From assembly GCA_963778655.1 (NCBI GenBank), contig CAVZVA010000010.1:192001-256000 (forward strand): a stretch of DNA of 64,000 nt, read 5' to 3'. The notes beneath the pieces are model-generated. The model saw only the letters and a list, made by a program, of their open reading frames with translations, searched no databases and had not been told where the DNA came from. Positions 20,312 to 30,791 of the stretch are shown here, one piece after another. Origin of the DNA: an uncultured delta proteobacterium (GTDB lineage: Bacteria; Myxococcota_A; Polyangia; Polyangiales; JAFGIB01). Position numbers and translations under genes: made by a program. The first letter of the stretch is position 1, and each line of letters opens with the position of its first letter.

Positions 20312-21719
20312 TCAGGCCGGCGCGTCCGCGCCGATGAGTCGCGGCGCCGGCGTACCGTCGATGTGTGCCGTCACGCTGGCGACCATGAAGTCGAGCACGT
20401 CCTTGCGCTGCTTGCGCGCGGTGCGTACGGCGGTCATCACGCGCTCGGCACAGCGCCTCGCGGTGCGCGAGGATGTCGGCACACGAGCCCGACAGCCGTT
20501 CGATATCGGCTGCCGCGCCACGCGTAAGGAGCCGCTCGATGTCGCGTTGCACGGGGCGAAGCCAGAATTGCAGCTCCTGTCGGGTCAGCACGCCATCCTT
20601 GAAGCCGTGCCAGTACTCGAACATCAACGCGGTCAGCTCGAGCAGCTCGCGGCCGATCGCGCCAGCCGGACCATCGCGCTCAGAAAAGGCAACGAACTTG
20701 CGAAGCAGGTGCGCATGGCAGATTTGCCGTAGCGACATCACCCAGAAGTCGAAGACCGTGGCGCGGTCGCTGACGAGGATGCCCAGCCGCGGACCGAACA
20801 TCGGCCCAATGGTGTCGCGGCAGCCGTCAGCAAAGATTTGATAGACCGTCGCCGCTGCCGTGGCCAGCGTCCACAGCGACATCAGCTTGCCGCTGCGCGT
20901 CCAGCTCGTGGCGTCGGTGTGCTTGACCTCGGCGTACTGCACCTCGCGCAACGCTTCTTCGTGCGCGGACTTCAGCGCTTCGCTGGCACGCTGCTCCATC
21001 GCGCTGATGGCGCCGAGCGAGACCGAGATCCCGAACAACTCGGCGAGCAACTTCTGCGTCTTGCGCCGGCTCAGATGGTAGACGCCGGTGAGCATCGCGA
21101 CCACGGCGGTCAGGCAGGGCCCGAACGCCGAGCTGGGGATCTGCGCGCGCTCGCAGGCCGCTCGAGTACAGGCGTCGCAGCGTTCGCAGTCGACCTCGTG
21201 CAGGCGCCACTCGGTCACGTGCGGGCGATGATCACGCAGATCGATCTGCTGGTAGCGGCACGCGGCGATATCGGCGAGCCGCGGCAGCGGGTGCGCGCAG
21301 CCCAGGCACACGTCCGGGAACAGGTCGACGAACGTGTCGACGCGCTCGGGCGGGAGCAGCTCGCGATACGACCCACGGTGGCCCTTCTGGCCGCCGCGTT
21401 TGCGCCCCGACTTCGGCCGGCTGCTCGCCGCCACGCCACCGCCCGAGCCAGGCCCGTCGCTCGACGGCGGCAGGTGCGAGTTCTTCGAGTTGCGGTTCAG
21501 CAGCTCCGTCAGCACCTCGATCTGCGCCGCTTGCCTCGCGACCTGCTCGCTCAGCGCGGCGAGCTTCGCCTCCTGCGCGGCGAGCTTCGCGTCGCGCTCG
21601 GCAAGCTTCGCGTCGCGCTCGGCGAGCTGCGCATCGCGCTCGGCGAGGGCCGCCCCGAGCAACGCGACACGCTCCCCCGGTTCGGTAGCCCGCCGATCGT
21701 CTCCCTCGCCAACCGCCAC
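20312..21719 (-). pseudogene. IS66 transposase TnpC with internal deletion/frameshift
   Basis: NSKNSHLPPSSD, GGQKGH, zinc finger, HTDATSW, VSDR, QICHAHLLR; the PTNNxAER segment is missing near 20450 and the C-terminus AERVMTAVRTARKQ is in another frame. Confidence 0.88.
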
Positions 21720-21794
21720 AGCCAGCTTAGATCATGATCGGATCGGCATGTCCATCCGTCTCGCGCAAGAAAATGTCGAGGGCTGAACAGTTAC

Positions 21795-22292
21795 ACCGGA
21801 GTGTCGCAGCGAACGCTTGCCTCCTGGCTCGCTGACTCGTCCTGCTACGTCCAGACATCGCGATGCGAGGGGTTTGGGATGCCGGTGGTCGAAGCCATGG
21901 CATGTGGGGTCCCCGTCATCGCAGTGAACTTCGGTGGGCACCTGGAGATGTGCAATCGCGACACCTCGTACCTCGTGAACTGTACGGTGACCAAGCCCCC
22001 ACCCGGGGCCATCGCCGAGGGGCTCGGGATGATCAGGCGTTGGGCCGAGACTGAGGTCAGCCACCTGCGCTATCAGATGCGCCGTGCGTTCACGGATCGC
22101 GACGAAGCGAAGCAACGCGGGCGGGCCGCGCAACAGTATGTCAGCCAGAGGTTCACGTGGGAACACACAGCATTAGCTATCGTTCAGGCGGTCAACGCGA
22201 TCTCGCTATCGCAGGCGACGAGTTCCTCCTCTCCGCAGCACGGCGGGGACTGGAAGCCGAGTGTAGTGGACGGCCCTTCTGTGCAGGACTGA
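21795..22292 (+). pseudogene. C-terminal fragment of a GT-B (family 4) glycosyltransferase
   Basis: SRCEGFGMPVVEAMACGVPVI..FTWEHTA; 5' end cut at the IS66 IR. Confidence 0.85.
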
Positions 22293-22414
22293 TCCTGAGC
22301 CATCGAGGTCAGCTCGTATTGACGTTGACCAAGTCAAGTCGATGGGTGACGTCCGACGGCCGCACGCGCATCTCGGTCTCCTGCGTCGGCGGCGGCCAGG
22401 AGTCGGGGGAGACC
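22280..22414 (+). pseudogene. NUDIX hydrolase 5' fragment
   Basis: AGLILSHRGQLVL...[11 protein letters not shown] is the start of a Nudix box, fused to the broken IS3. Confidence 0.55.
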
Positions 22415-23516
22415 CCCCGGAACCCGGTCTCCAAAGAGCTCGGCTTTGATGGTGCCAATGGTCGACTCCGCCACGGCGTTGTCCCAGCAGTTGCCTTTCC
22501 GACTCATGCTGACCTGCATGCCGAGCTTGCGAAGGCACGCGCGGTAGTCCGCGGCCGTGTACGTCGAGCCGCGGTCGGTGTGGTGAAGCAGACCTGGGCT
22601 AGGACGCTGGCGAGCCACGGCGGCCCGCAGAGCCCGCAGCGCCAGGGCCGTGTCGCAACGGTCGCTGACGGCCCAGCCGACGATGGCTCGCGTGCACAGG
22701 TCCACCAGGATCGCCAGGTAGCTCCATCCCTGGGCGGTCCACACGTAGGTGATATCGCCGACCCATGCTCGATTGGGGCTGTCCCAGCGGAAGCGGCGAT
22801 CGAGCAGGTTGGGCGCCGGGACGTGCGAGCTGTCGGCCTGGGTCGTGCGCCGGAAGCGCTTGGGACACCGGGCACGCAAGCCCAGCGCCCTCATTCGCGC
22901 TTCGATGCGTTTTCGGCTGACGCGTCTTCCTTGCCGCCGCAGGTGTCGGTGAATGCGCGGGCTCCCGTAGCGCCGCTTGCTTTGCAGATGGGTCGCGGTG
23001 ATCTCGACGTCGAGCTGTGCGGTCTCCTGGGCCCGTGCGCTCACAGGGCGCGACCGTTGCGCATACACCGTGCTGCGTGGCAACTGCAGCGCACGACAGA
23101 CCGCGGCGACCGACGTCTTGGACTCGTCGGCCAAACGGTACACGTCTGCGGTCACGACGTGCCCTCCTTGGCGAAAAAAGCGGTGGCCCGTTTCAGAATC
23201 TCGCGTTCCTGTCGCAGCACTCGGTTTTCACGCCGAAGCGCCGCCAGCTCCTCTCGCTCCGCCGTCGTCAGCGGACCCGAGCCGCCGCCGCCGGCATCCA
23301 CGGTCGCTTGACGAACCCAGTTGGTCACCGCGCTTGCCGTCAGGCCAAGCTCTCGGGCAACCGCGAACGGCGTGCTGCCCGGCTGCTGGCACAGCCGAAC
23401 CACCTCCGCCTTGTACTCGCTGGTGAACTTCCGGCGTTTTCCTTGTCGCTTCTTTGGCATGATTTCTGGACGCATAGTGCCTCATTGAACTTGTCCAAGA
23501 AATCGGGGGAATTCCA
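22415..23516 (-). mobile_element. Second, inverted, 3'-truncated copy of the IS3 element
   Basis: Reverse complement of 11550 to ~12651; identical OrfA (23152-23475), OrfB identical up to ELFGDRVPG. Confidence 0.95.
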
Positions 23517-23929
23517 CCACCGAGCCCGCGCGTGTCCAGACGCGTGGGCTCACTCCTTTGCGCGCGCATGCTCAATCAGATGCCGCCGTCACGCTCAATT
23601 ACCGGCAGACACCGCCGGATTGACCCAACCTCTCAGGCGTTCCAACGCGCACGCACACCGGGCCCAGGCTGCCGGTCGATCACGAGCCGCCGCGAGCCTC
23701 TACACACGTGTGCGGCACGAGGTCGCACAGCCAGGCGTCTGCTCTCGTGATCCCGAGTGGCCCGAGGAAGTCAGCGTCGAGGCTTCGCCCCGACGGGCCG
23801 TTGGACATCGCATCCGCAGGCTTCATGTGCCCCGCCTCCGCGCCTCGCGGCGCACGCTTCGCAGTCAACACAATATGTCAACTCGCCTGCAACTGCACCG
23901 CGCTCCATTCGGCTCTTCGTCCCGACTAT

Positions 23930-24751
23930 CCGCGGCCGCTGGCCGTGCTCGCCGCCTGCGGGCTGCCTTGGGTGGCGTTCGCGAGCGTGTATTACGGCAC
24001 GCCGATTCCCCACAGCGCGGTGGAGAAGTGCCAGCGCACGCCCTTGCCGCGCTACCTTGAGCACACGCTGTCGCACGTGGGCCAGAGCGTGCTGCCGTAC
24101 TGGCCCGCAGCGTGGTCGTGGTCGTTGCCGGCCTGGCTGCTCGCGCTCGCCGGTGCGCTGTGGCTGGCGCGGCGCGAGCGCAGGCTGGCGATGCTCGGAC
24201 TGTACGGCGCGGCCGAGCTCGCGGCCTATCTGGTGATGCGGCCCTTCGCCGGCCACGACTGGCACCTGTACCCGATCGTGCTGGTCGCGGTGTTGTGCAG
24301 CGCCGCGGCGCTTGCGCAGCTCGCGCTGCACGCGGGCCGCAGGGCCACGCGCGCCGGCGCTGCCGCCGTGCTGCTCGTCGCCATGCTGCTGGTTGCGGCG
24401 CGCACGGCGCAGGGCGCGCGCGACTACGCCCACGGGCACTGGACCGGGGAGCGCGACGCCACCTACCGCCGGATCGCGCGCTTCCTGCGCGCGCGCGCTC
24501 GCCCCGGCGAGCAATTCGCGTCGATCGAAGTCGGCACGCTGGCGTATTACTCGGATCTCTCCGCCTACGACCTGGGCGGTATCGTCACCGACTTGCGGCG
24601 GACGGCGATGATCGATCGCCCGGTACGCTACCTCGTGCTCGACACCAAGTACCTTGCGAGCGCGCCGCCCTGGCCGCCGCTGTTCCACGCGGCCGAAGGC
24701 GACTTCGAGGCCTTCGTGTACTACATGCCGCGGACGCCGCACGGGCGTTGA
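23930..24751 (+). pseudogene. C-terminal part of a GT-C-like membrane protein
   Basis: YYGTPIPHS, several TM segments, EVGTLAYYSDL..YDLGGIV; no credible N-terminus; 5' boundary approximate. Confidence 0.6.
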
Positions 24752-25042
24752 CGCGCCGCCTGCGCGGTTTCACTCCAGCGGCGCCCGAGATCCATCGTCG
24801 CCCAGCGGACGTTCCCGAGGTGCTCGACTAGGCAGCGTGCGCGGGCCACGTGGGGAGTTTCGCCCCATCTGAATCTGACTATGATGACCCGCCTTGGTCA
24901 AATCCTGGCAGCGTCGTTGGCTCGGCGGGATCACATTCTCGATCGACATCAAGCAAAAGTCGACGAGAGCCTTCCCAACGTCCTTTCTTACGCCCAGAGT
25001 GGGCCCCAACGGGCTCTCTCACACGGGTCCGGGGGAGGAAAC

Positions 25043-26388
25043 ATGAGAAACGGAATGCGAGCACCCCAACGGGGGGGGCGAATCACTGCTGCTACCGCAT
25101 GCGGCGAACACATGCGTGGCTGGTGCTTTCGGCCGCGCTCGGTTTCGCTCTGGGCTGTTCGAGCGAAACGGGGAGCGATGAGAACGTAGCCGCGACGAGC
25201 GCAGCACTTACAGCGGGAGCAGCGGGTACGGCAGGAGCAGGGGGAAGCGCCTCGAACGCAGCGCCCGCCGCGTCGCTGCAGGAGATCACGATCGCGAGCC
25301 TTCCGTTTTCCGCATGCACGCTGACTTGCGACGCGCTTGCGGGGGACAACATGCCGGTCTGGGCCGATGACGAGGGCCTGGTCCATTTGTGGGCCGCGCC
25401 ACAGAGTGCCTCGGATACCTACACGCTCGACTGCAACGAGTCCGGCACGAGCGTGCCCTACCACTTCGACCTCTCCGATCGCGCGACCTTCGTCCCCGCG
25501 ATCGCGCGTGCGAAGGCGACCGATCGCAAGGTGCGGCCGGCGCTGGCCGATCCGACGAGCATGAGCCAGGGCGAGCTCGCTCGAGCCGGATACGGGCTGC
25601 GGCCGGATCCGAGCTCTCCGCTGTACGCGGTGTGGCTCGAGGGCGTCTCGAAGCCGGTCACGCTGATCACCCCGCCTGGCGTAGAACGGCCGGATCTGAG
25701 CTTCGACCCGGAATCATATACCACCGACGCAAGATGGTGCGGTCCGTCGCTTAGCAACTCCTTTACCCACTTCTCAGGGGTGATCGCGGCTTTCACCACG
25801 CCCACCAGTTTCTTCTACAACGGGTCCGGATCGGAGACGGCTTTTTGGACCGGGGTTGGAGGCCTCAACCGCACTCAGCTCATCCAGGATGGGGTCGATC
25901 AGAAATGGATCAACAACGTGGGCACCTTGCAAGCCTGGTGGGAGTGGGTCGGTGTTGCTGGTCCGTTCTTTCCCGCGGGGTGGGTCATTGCACCCGGCGA
26001 CAACGTGGCGTTCTGGGCATGGGAGTGCGACGCCTATAACAACTTAGTTCAGGGTGGCGGCCATGCCTGTTTTATGTGGCAAGACAACACCAATCCCCAC
26101 CCCACCGCATTCACCTGGAACCAATCGACGACGCAGTTTCACAACACCTTTCCGGGTTTCGGTTGCGAAGCAATCACGGAGCGCCAGCCAAACCAGCCCC
26201 TCGCAGGATGGTCACCCTGGCTCAATATGGAATTCGATTGTGCAGACGGCTCCGGCGGGTGGCACAATCTGGACACCGATCAATTTTTGAACTTCACCAT
26301 GATCAACCCTAGCAACAATCATACGCTATGTGCGTCGGAGAAGACGGGGCCCGACACCGCCGTGTACGGGTATATTCAAGGGCTGTAG
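25043..26388 (+). CDS. Peptidase G1 (eqolisin-type glutamic peptidase) lipoprotein; start 25043 via G-tract frameshift, or 25099
   Basis: Lipobox ALGC, pro-region LARAGYGLRPDP, FWTGVGG..LIQDGV..AWWEW..PGDNV..CEAITERQP match G1 motifs including catalytic Q and E. Confidence 0.85.
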
Positions 26389-27552
26389 ATGTGCCGGGCT
26401 GAAGCGCTGGAGTGCGGACGGACCGGTGGCGGACACTCCACCACCGGTTCGTCGCTGTCGTATGCGGCACGCGCGCTGGTGGCGGGTGTGCTTGGCCTCA
26501 CTGCCGCGTGCGGCGGCGCGTCGTCCAGGGGCGCTTCGTCCATGGATGGCGGCGTCGCATCCACGGGCGGCAAGTGCGGCCCCACGGCCAAGTTGTTGGT
26601 CGACTATATGGCGATCTCGTCGGACCTGGATGCAGGTGTCGCGGTGCCTGAAGTCGAAGTCAATGACACCCACCTCTATTTCAATCTGAACTTGATCTAC
26701 GGGACCGCGACCACGACGATGCTTCGCGATGCCTATATCATGCGGGTCCCGTTGCGCGGAGGGGAAGCCGAGCGCGTGGCGCATATCCCCAATGGCATGG
26801 ACGGCACGGTGCAGTCCTTCGCGCTCACCAAGGATGCGGTGATCTCCGGCCAGGCGGCGCCACTAGGGACAGAGAATGGCTTGGGTGCCGTGTTGCGCAT
26901 CCCGCTCGCCGGCGGCGAGCCTACGATGCTGGCCCCAGCGAAGCTGGGGATGGGAGCGCTGGTCGTCGACGACAAGAACGTCTACTTTGTCGATGCCGAA
27001 GGCACCGAGAGCGTATCGTTGGCGGGCGGAGCGGTTCGCACGCTCTCACAGCCCGGCACGCCGATCTCGCTCGCGTTGATCGGCGACACGCTGTACATGG
27101 CCGACATCAAGGATGGCCTCCAAGATGGCACGATCTCGTCTGTGCCCACCGCGGGCGGGGACGTGACGGTGCTCGCCCAGGGCCTGTCGAACCCCTGGCC
27201 GATGACCGCGTGCGGGACTGACCTGTGCTGGTTCGAAGGCGTGTCACAGTCTTCGTTCGCAGCCAGGCTCGTGCGCATGGCCGCTGATGGCGGGACGCCG
27301 AAGATGCTCGCTCAAGGCTTCCTCGAGCCGCATGCGATCGTGTTCGATGGTAAGTACTTCTTCATCACCGACGGCAGTATTGGGATCGACATCCTGCGAG
27401 TACCTGCTGCGGGCGGCGAGCCCGTTCGCGTCACTAGTAACGCAGCGTTCGACCTCGCGCTCGACGATGAGTGTTTGTACTGGTCGAATGCCGCCGGCAT
27501 CTGGAGCATGTCGCTCGCAGCGGCCCGCGTTAAAGGACCGAACGACGACTGA
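26389..27552 (+). CDS. Beta-propeller-like lipoprotein, partner gene of cassette 3
   Basis: Abuts the peptidase stop; lipobox LTAAC; repeated LxVDxxxVYF/W...I.xVPxxGG blades. Confidence 0.8.
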   Translation: MCRAEALECGRTGGGHSTTGSSLSYAARALVAGVLGLTAACGGASSRGASSMDGGVASTGGKCGPTAKLLVDYMAISSDLDAGVAVPEVEVNDTHLYFNLNLIYGTATTTMLRDAYIMRVPLRGGEAERVAHIPNGMDGTVQSFALTKDAVISGQAAPLGTENGLGAVLRIPLAGGEPTMLAPAKLGMGALVVDDKNVYFVDAEGTESVSLAGGAVRTLSQPGTPISLALIGDTLYMADIKDGLQDGTISSVPTAGGDVTVLAQGLSNPWPMTACGTDLCWFEGVSQSSFAARLVRMAADGGTPKMLAQGFLEPHAIVFDGKYFFITDGSIGIDILRVPAAGGEPVRVTSNAAFDLALDDECLYWSNAAGIWSMSLAAARVKGPNDD

Positions 27553-27607
27553 TCGCTGCCGCGAAGGCCCCGCAACTGCACCCGTTTCAATCTGATCGGG
27601 GCTCTAT

Positions 27608-28081
27608 CTAGGAGTGCACGGGGGGCGCGTGGCGCACCTGGGAGCGGCCGTGGCGGTTGAGGCTCCACTTCAACGCGGGCGGGGTCACCATGGTGGTCAC
27701 GATCACCATCACCACCACCGCCGAGTACGCCGCCGAGTCGACCACGCGCTCGCCCTTCACGGTCAGCGTCATGCCGATGTTGGCGAAGATCAGGCCGACC
27801 TCGCCCCGCGGGATCATGCCGATGCCGACGCTCAGCCGGTCGATGCCCTTGCCGATCACCCCGAAGTAGCAAGCCTGCTTGCCCACCACGGCGGCCACGA
27901 TCAGCGCCGCAGCCAGGCCGAGCACGCCGGGCTTGCCGAACGAGGCCAGCTCGGTGCGCATGCCCATCAGCACGAAGAACACCGGCACCAGAAACGACGA
28001 GATCGGCTGGATCAGCTCCTCCAGCTCGTGCTCTCCGCGATCGGTGAAGTCGCGGTAGTGCACGTGCTCAAGGATCAGCCC
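27608..28081 (-). pseudogene. C-terminal fragment of a cation:proton antiporter (CPA2)
   Basis: GLILE..FLVPVFFVLMG..GKQ..GIGMIPRGEVGLIFA..TTMVTPP. Confidence 0.88.
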
Positions 28082-28430
28082 TTGCACGCCCGACGCAATG
28101 CCCGCGACGGGTTTCGACGATCAGGAGGTCTACCTGGGAACCGCCGACAGCGAGTGCGGCGGCGGCGTCTGTCTGGCGTACCACCTGCGCGGCGACCCGA
28201 GCCCGAGCTGCGTGCCCAGCGCCGGAGCCACGCCCGGCGACACGCATCTGTGCGCCTCACCGACCGACGTGCAAGAGCGCATGTACTGCAGCTGTCGCTG
28301 CAACGCCCCCGACGGCTACGCCGAGTGCGGCTGTCCCGACGGCTTCACCTGCGTGGACGGGCTCGACCAGGGCAGCCCCGAGCTCCAAGGCGGCTACTGC
28401 GTGAGAAACGGCACGTTCACAGCGCCGTGA
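28080..28430 (+). pseudogene. 5'-truncated Cys-rich lipoprotein (CglC-like)
   Basis: PCTPD..GF..QEVY..C..VCL.YH..YCSCRC..CGCPDGFTC; no signal peptide. Confidence 0.55.
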
Positions 28431-28478
28431 GGGCTTCGGTTCGAAGGCGACCTGGACCCACCCGCGGCGATCGGCTAT

Positions 28479-28741
28479 GTGATCTGCAGGCGCGTCTCGT
28501 GCAAGGTCTTCCGCGGAACCCCATCGCCAAAGTGGGCATCCTGATCGGCCTCTGGGCTGTCATCTTCGCGAGCTACGCCTGGGGCATGCACGGCGCTCCC
28601 CTCGTCGCGTGCGGCGTCTTTGCCACGCTCGACATGGGCATTCAGATTCTCGTCATCGAATCGAGCACCTCATTGATATGCCCCTCTTGCAAGAGGCACA
28701 TCCCGAAGGGCTCCAACTGCTGCGCGCGATGCACGGCGTGA
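28479..28741 (+). CDS. Small two-TM protein with C-terminal Zn ribbon
   Basis: Two hydrophobic segments followed by CPSC..CARC; start uncertain. Confidence 0.4.
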
Positions 28742-28865
28742 CGCTGTAGACGCTGCGTGCTCGACGCGGTTCGAGCGCTAGCTTGTCTCAATCGATGATT
28801 CGCGTTCGAGATTGCGGAACCTCGCTCCGAAACGTCGGGTCCGGAGGCTCGGTGTCGGAGCGGGC

Positions 28866-30023
28866 TCACAGGGTCGCGGTGTTGGCCTCGAGGCCGAGCA
28901 GCAGCTTGCCCACGGTCTCGAGCGTGTCGCTCGACACCGTGATGTGCTGCGACGCGACGTGAACGTCGCGCAGATGCCGCTGCAGCGGCGAGTTGTCGAA
29001 CACCGCGCTGCCGCCGGCAAGCGTGTACATCGCATCGACGACGGCAATCGCAGCGCCGATCGCGTGCGTGGCGGCGAGCCGCATGTCACGGCGCGCGTCC
29101 AGCGGCATCGGTCCGCCTGCAACGGCGAGCGACCAAGCGCGCTCGATCGTCTCGTAGAAGAACGCGCGCGCCGCACGCAAACGCGCCTCCGCGAGCGCGA
29201 CCTCCATCTGCGCGTGCGGGCTGTTGGCCAGGCTGGCGGTGGCACCGTAGCGCTTCTTCTTGCCTGCGAGCTCGATCAAGCAATCGATGCTCGCACGGGC
29301 GATGCCAAGCGCGACTGCGGAGACGCCCTGCGTGAGCAGCGCGAACTGGGGAAAGCGGAACAGCGGCCGGTCCGGCACGTTCTTGATCAGGTAGCCCGAG
29401 ACGTGCGCTTCGGGCACCAGCAGATCGTACACCTCGAACTCGTTGCTTCCGGTACCGCGCAGGCCCGACGTGAACCAGGTGTCGAGCAGGCGCACTTCCG
29501 AAGCGCGAAACAGCACCATGTGGTTGCGCGGCACGCCGGCGCTGCTCGTGGCGAGCTTGCCGTCGACGGTCAACGTGCAGCCGCCGCCGATCCAGTCCGC
29601 GTTGGGCGAGCCCGAGGCCCACTGCCAGTGACCGTTGACACGAAAGCCGCGTTCGACCTTGACCGCGTTGCCCGACGCCGCGAACACACCGGCGATCAAG
29701 GTGTCGGGTGTCGCGAGCACCTCGCCGCAGACCTCGTCGGTCATCCGGCACAAGGCGAGCCCGGTCGTGGCGCCGATGAACGCGACCCAGCCGCACGCGG
29801 CGTCACCACGGGCGAGGGCTTCGTATACGCGGGTAGCCACCAGCGGCGAGAGCTCGAGCCCGCCCACCCGCTCGGCGATGAACATGCGATAGAAGCCGGC
29901 GGCGCCCATCTGCTTGGCGACGTCGGAGGGGAGGCGGCGGTTCGCTTCGATCTCTTCGCTGCGTCGCGCGAACGTGCGGGCCAGCGACTCGGCTTGCTGC
30001 ACAATCGCGTGTTGATGGGACAT
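28866..30023 (-). CDS. Acyl-CoA dehydrogenase-fold flavin-dependent hydroxylase
   Basis: GFRVNGHWQWASGS, DTWFTSGLRGTGS, LQRHLRDVHVASQH. Confidence 0.92.
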   Translation of the reverse strand: MSHQHAIVQQAESLARTFARRSEEIEANRRLPSDVAKQMGAAGFYRMFIAERVGGLELSPLVATRVYEALARGDAACGWVAFIGATTGLALCRMTDEVCGEVLATPDTLIAGVFAASGNAVKVERGFRVNGHWQWASGSPNADWIGGGCTLTVDGKLATSSAGVPRNHMVLFRASEVRLLDTWFTSGLRGTGSNEFEVYDLLVPEAHVSGYLIKNVPDRPLFRFPQFALLTQGVSAVALGIARASIDCLIELAGKKKRYGATASLANSPHAQMEVALAEARLRAARAFFYETIERAWSLAVAGGPMPLDARRDMRLAATHAIGAAIAVVDAMYTLAGGSAVFDNSPLQRHLRDVHVASQHITVSSDTLETVGKLLLGLEANTATL

Positions 30024-30138
30024 GGCGCACGGAGCTTGCCAGCGCTGCCCACGCGAGATCAAGCTGCCCCTCGTCGTCTGCCCGCTAGGGCTGTACGGTG
30101 GGGCCGGCGAGCTCGGTCTTCAGCTCCCCGCTTTCTTC

Positions 30139-30354
30139 ATCGTCGACAACTCGATGATCTGGGTGGCGGCGGTCGAGCACGATGGCCTGGAGGAAGCACG
30201 CAAGGTGCCCGGCTACCACGACGAGCCTCTGAAAGGCGACCGGGCCGGTCCGCGGTCCATCCGCTCGAGCAAGGCGTACGGCGCCATCTACGAGATCAAG
30301 GAGGACACGGCGAAGCTCGTGTCGGGCGAGGAAGTCAACAAGCACGAGTATTGA
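30139..30354 (+). pseudogene. 5'-truncated RelE/HigB-type toxin
   Basis: GLEEARKVPGYHDEPLKGDRAG.RSIR...Y.AIY..EEVNKHEY; overlaps the XRE gene start region (TGATG). Confidence 0.75.
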
Positions 30355-30365
30355 TGGAGGTGCCC

Positions 30366-30680
30366 ATGCGCAAGGCCAAGAAGTCCGAGGCGATCAAGAC
30401 GCTGGAGAAGATTGCCGGCGGCCCGCTCACCCTGGGTCGGGCCATAGAGTCGATCCGCAAGAGCGATGAGCTCTCCCAAGATGAGTGTGCCAAAAAGCTT
30501 GGGGTCTCGAAGTCGCATCTGTGCGACGTCGAGAAGGGCCGCAAGGTCGTGAGCCCCGAACGCGCAGCCAAGTGGGCTCGGGTTCTCGGGTACCCCGAGT
30601 CCGTGCTTGTCAAGCTCGCCATTCAGGGCGAGCTGGACGCGGCTGGGCTGAAATACAAGGTCGAGATCGAAGCTGCCTGA
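30366..30680 (+). CDS. XRE-family HTH antitoxin (HigA-like)
   Basis: GGAGG RBS; LSQDECAKKLGVSKSHLCDVEKGRK. Confidence 0.88.
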   Translation: MRKAKKSEAIKTLEKIAGGPLTLGRAIESIRKSDELSQDECAKKLGVSKSHLCDVEKGRKVVSPERAAKWARVLGYPESVLVKLAIQGELDAAGLKYKVEIEAA

Positions 30681-30791
30681 TTCCGGACTCGGCCTTCGTT
30701 GCCCGATGCAAGGGCGGCACGCCGACCCGAGGTCCTTGGCACCTGCGCTCTCGGTATGCGACGCCAGGATGATATGGCATAGTGGCGTCCG

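Larger units (their letters stand above)
19862..21794 (-). mobile_element. IS66-family element lacking tnpA/tnpB, with a passenger gene
   Basis: IRs GTAACCGTTCAGCC / GTAACTGTTCAGCC; no 8-bp target duplication. Confidence 0.88.

Noticed and set aside
22400..22414. TCGGGGGAG resembling the IS3 inverted repeat
   Set aside because: It encodes the Nudix-box residues ESGE and is in the wrong orientation to be the missing IS end
23680..23871. Possible uracil-DNA-glycosylase-like fragment (NGPSGRSLD..FL.PLG.TRADAWLCDLVP)
   Set aside because: Too short and broken to assign without a database search
24928..24950. GATCACATTC match to the cassette promoter block upstream of cassette 3
   Set aside because: Only ~10 bp, in the wrong orientation relative to the peptidase gene, and lacking the CGACA-N16-TGTCG dyad
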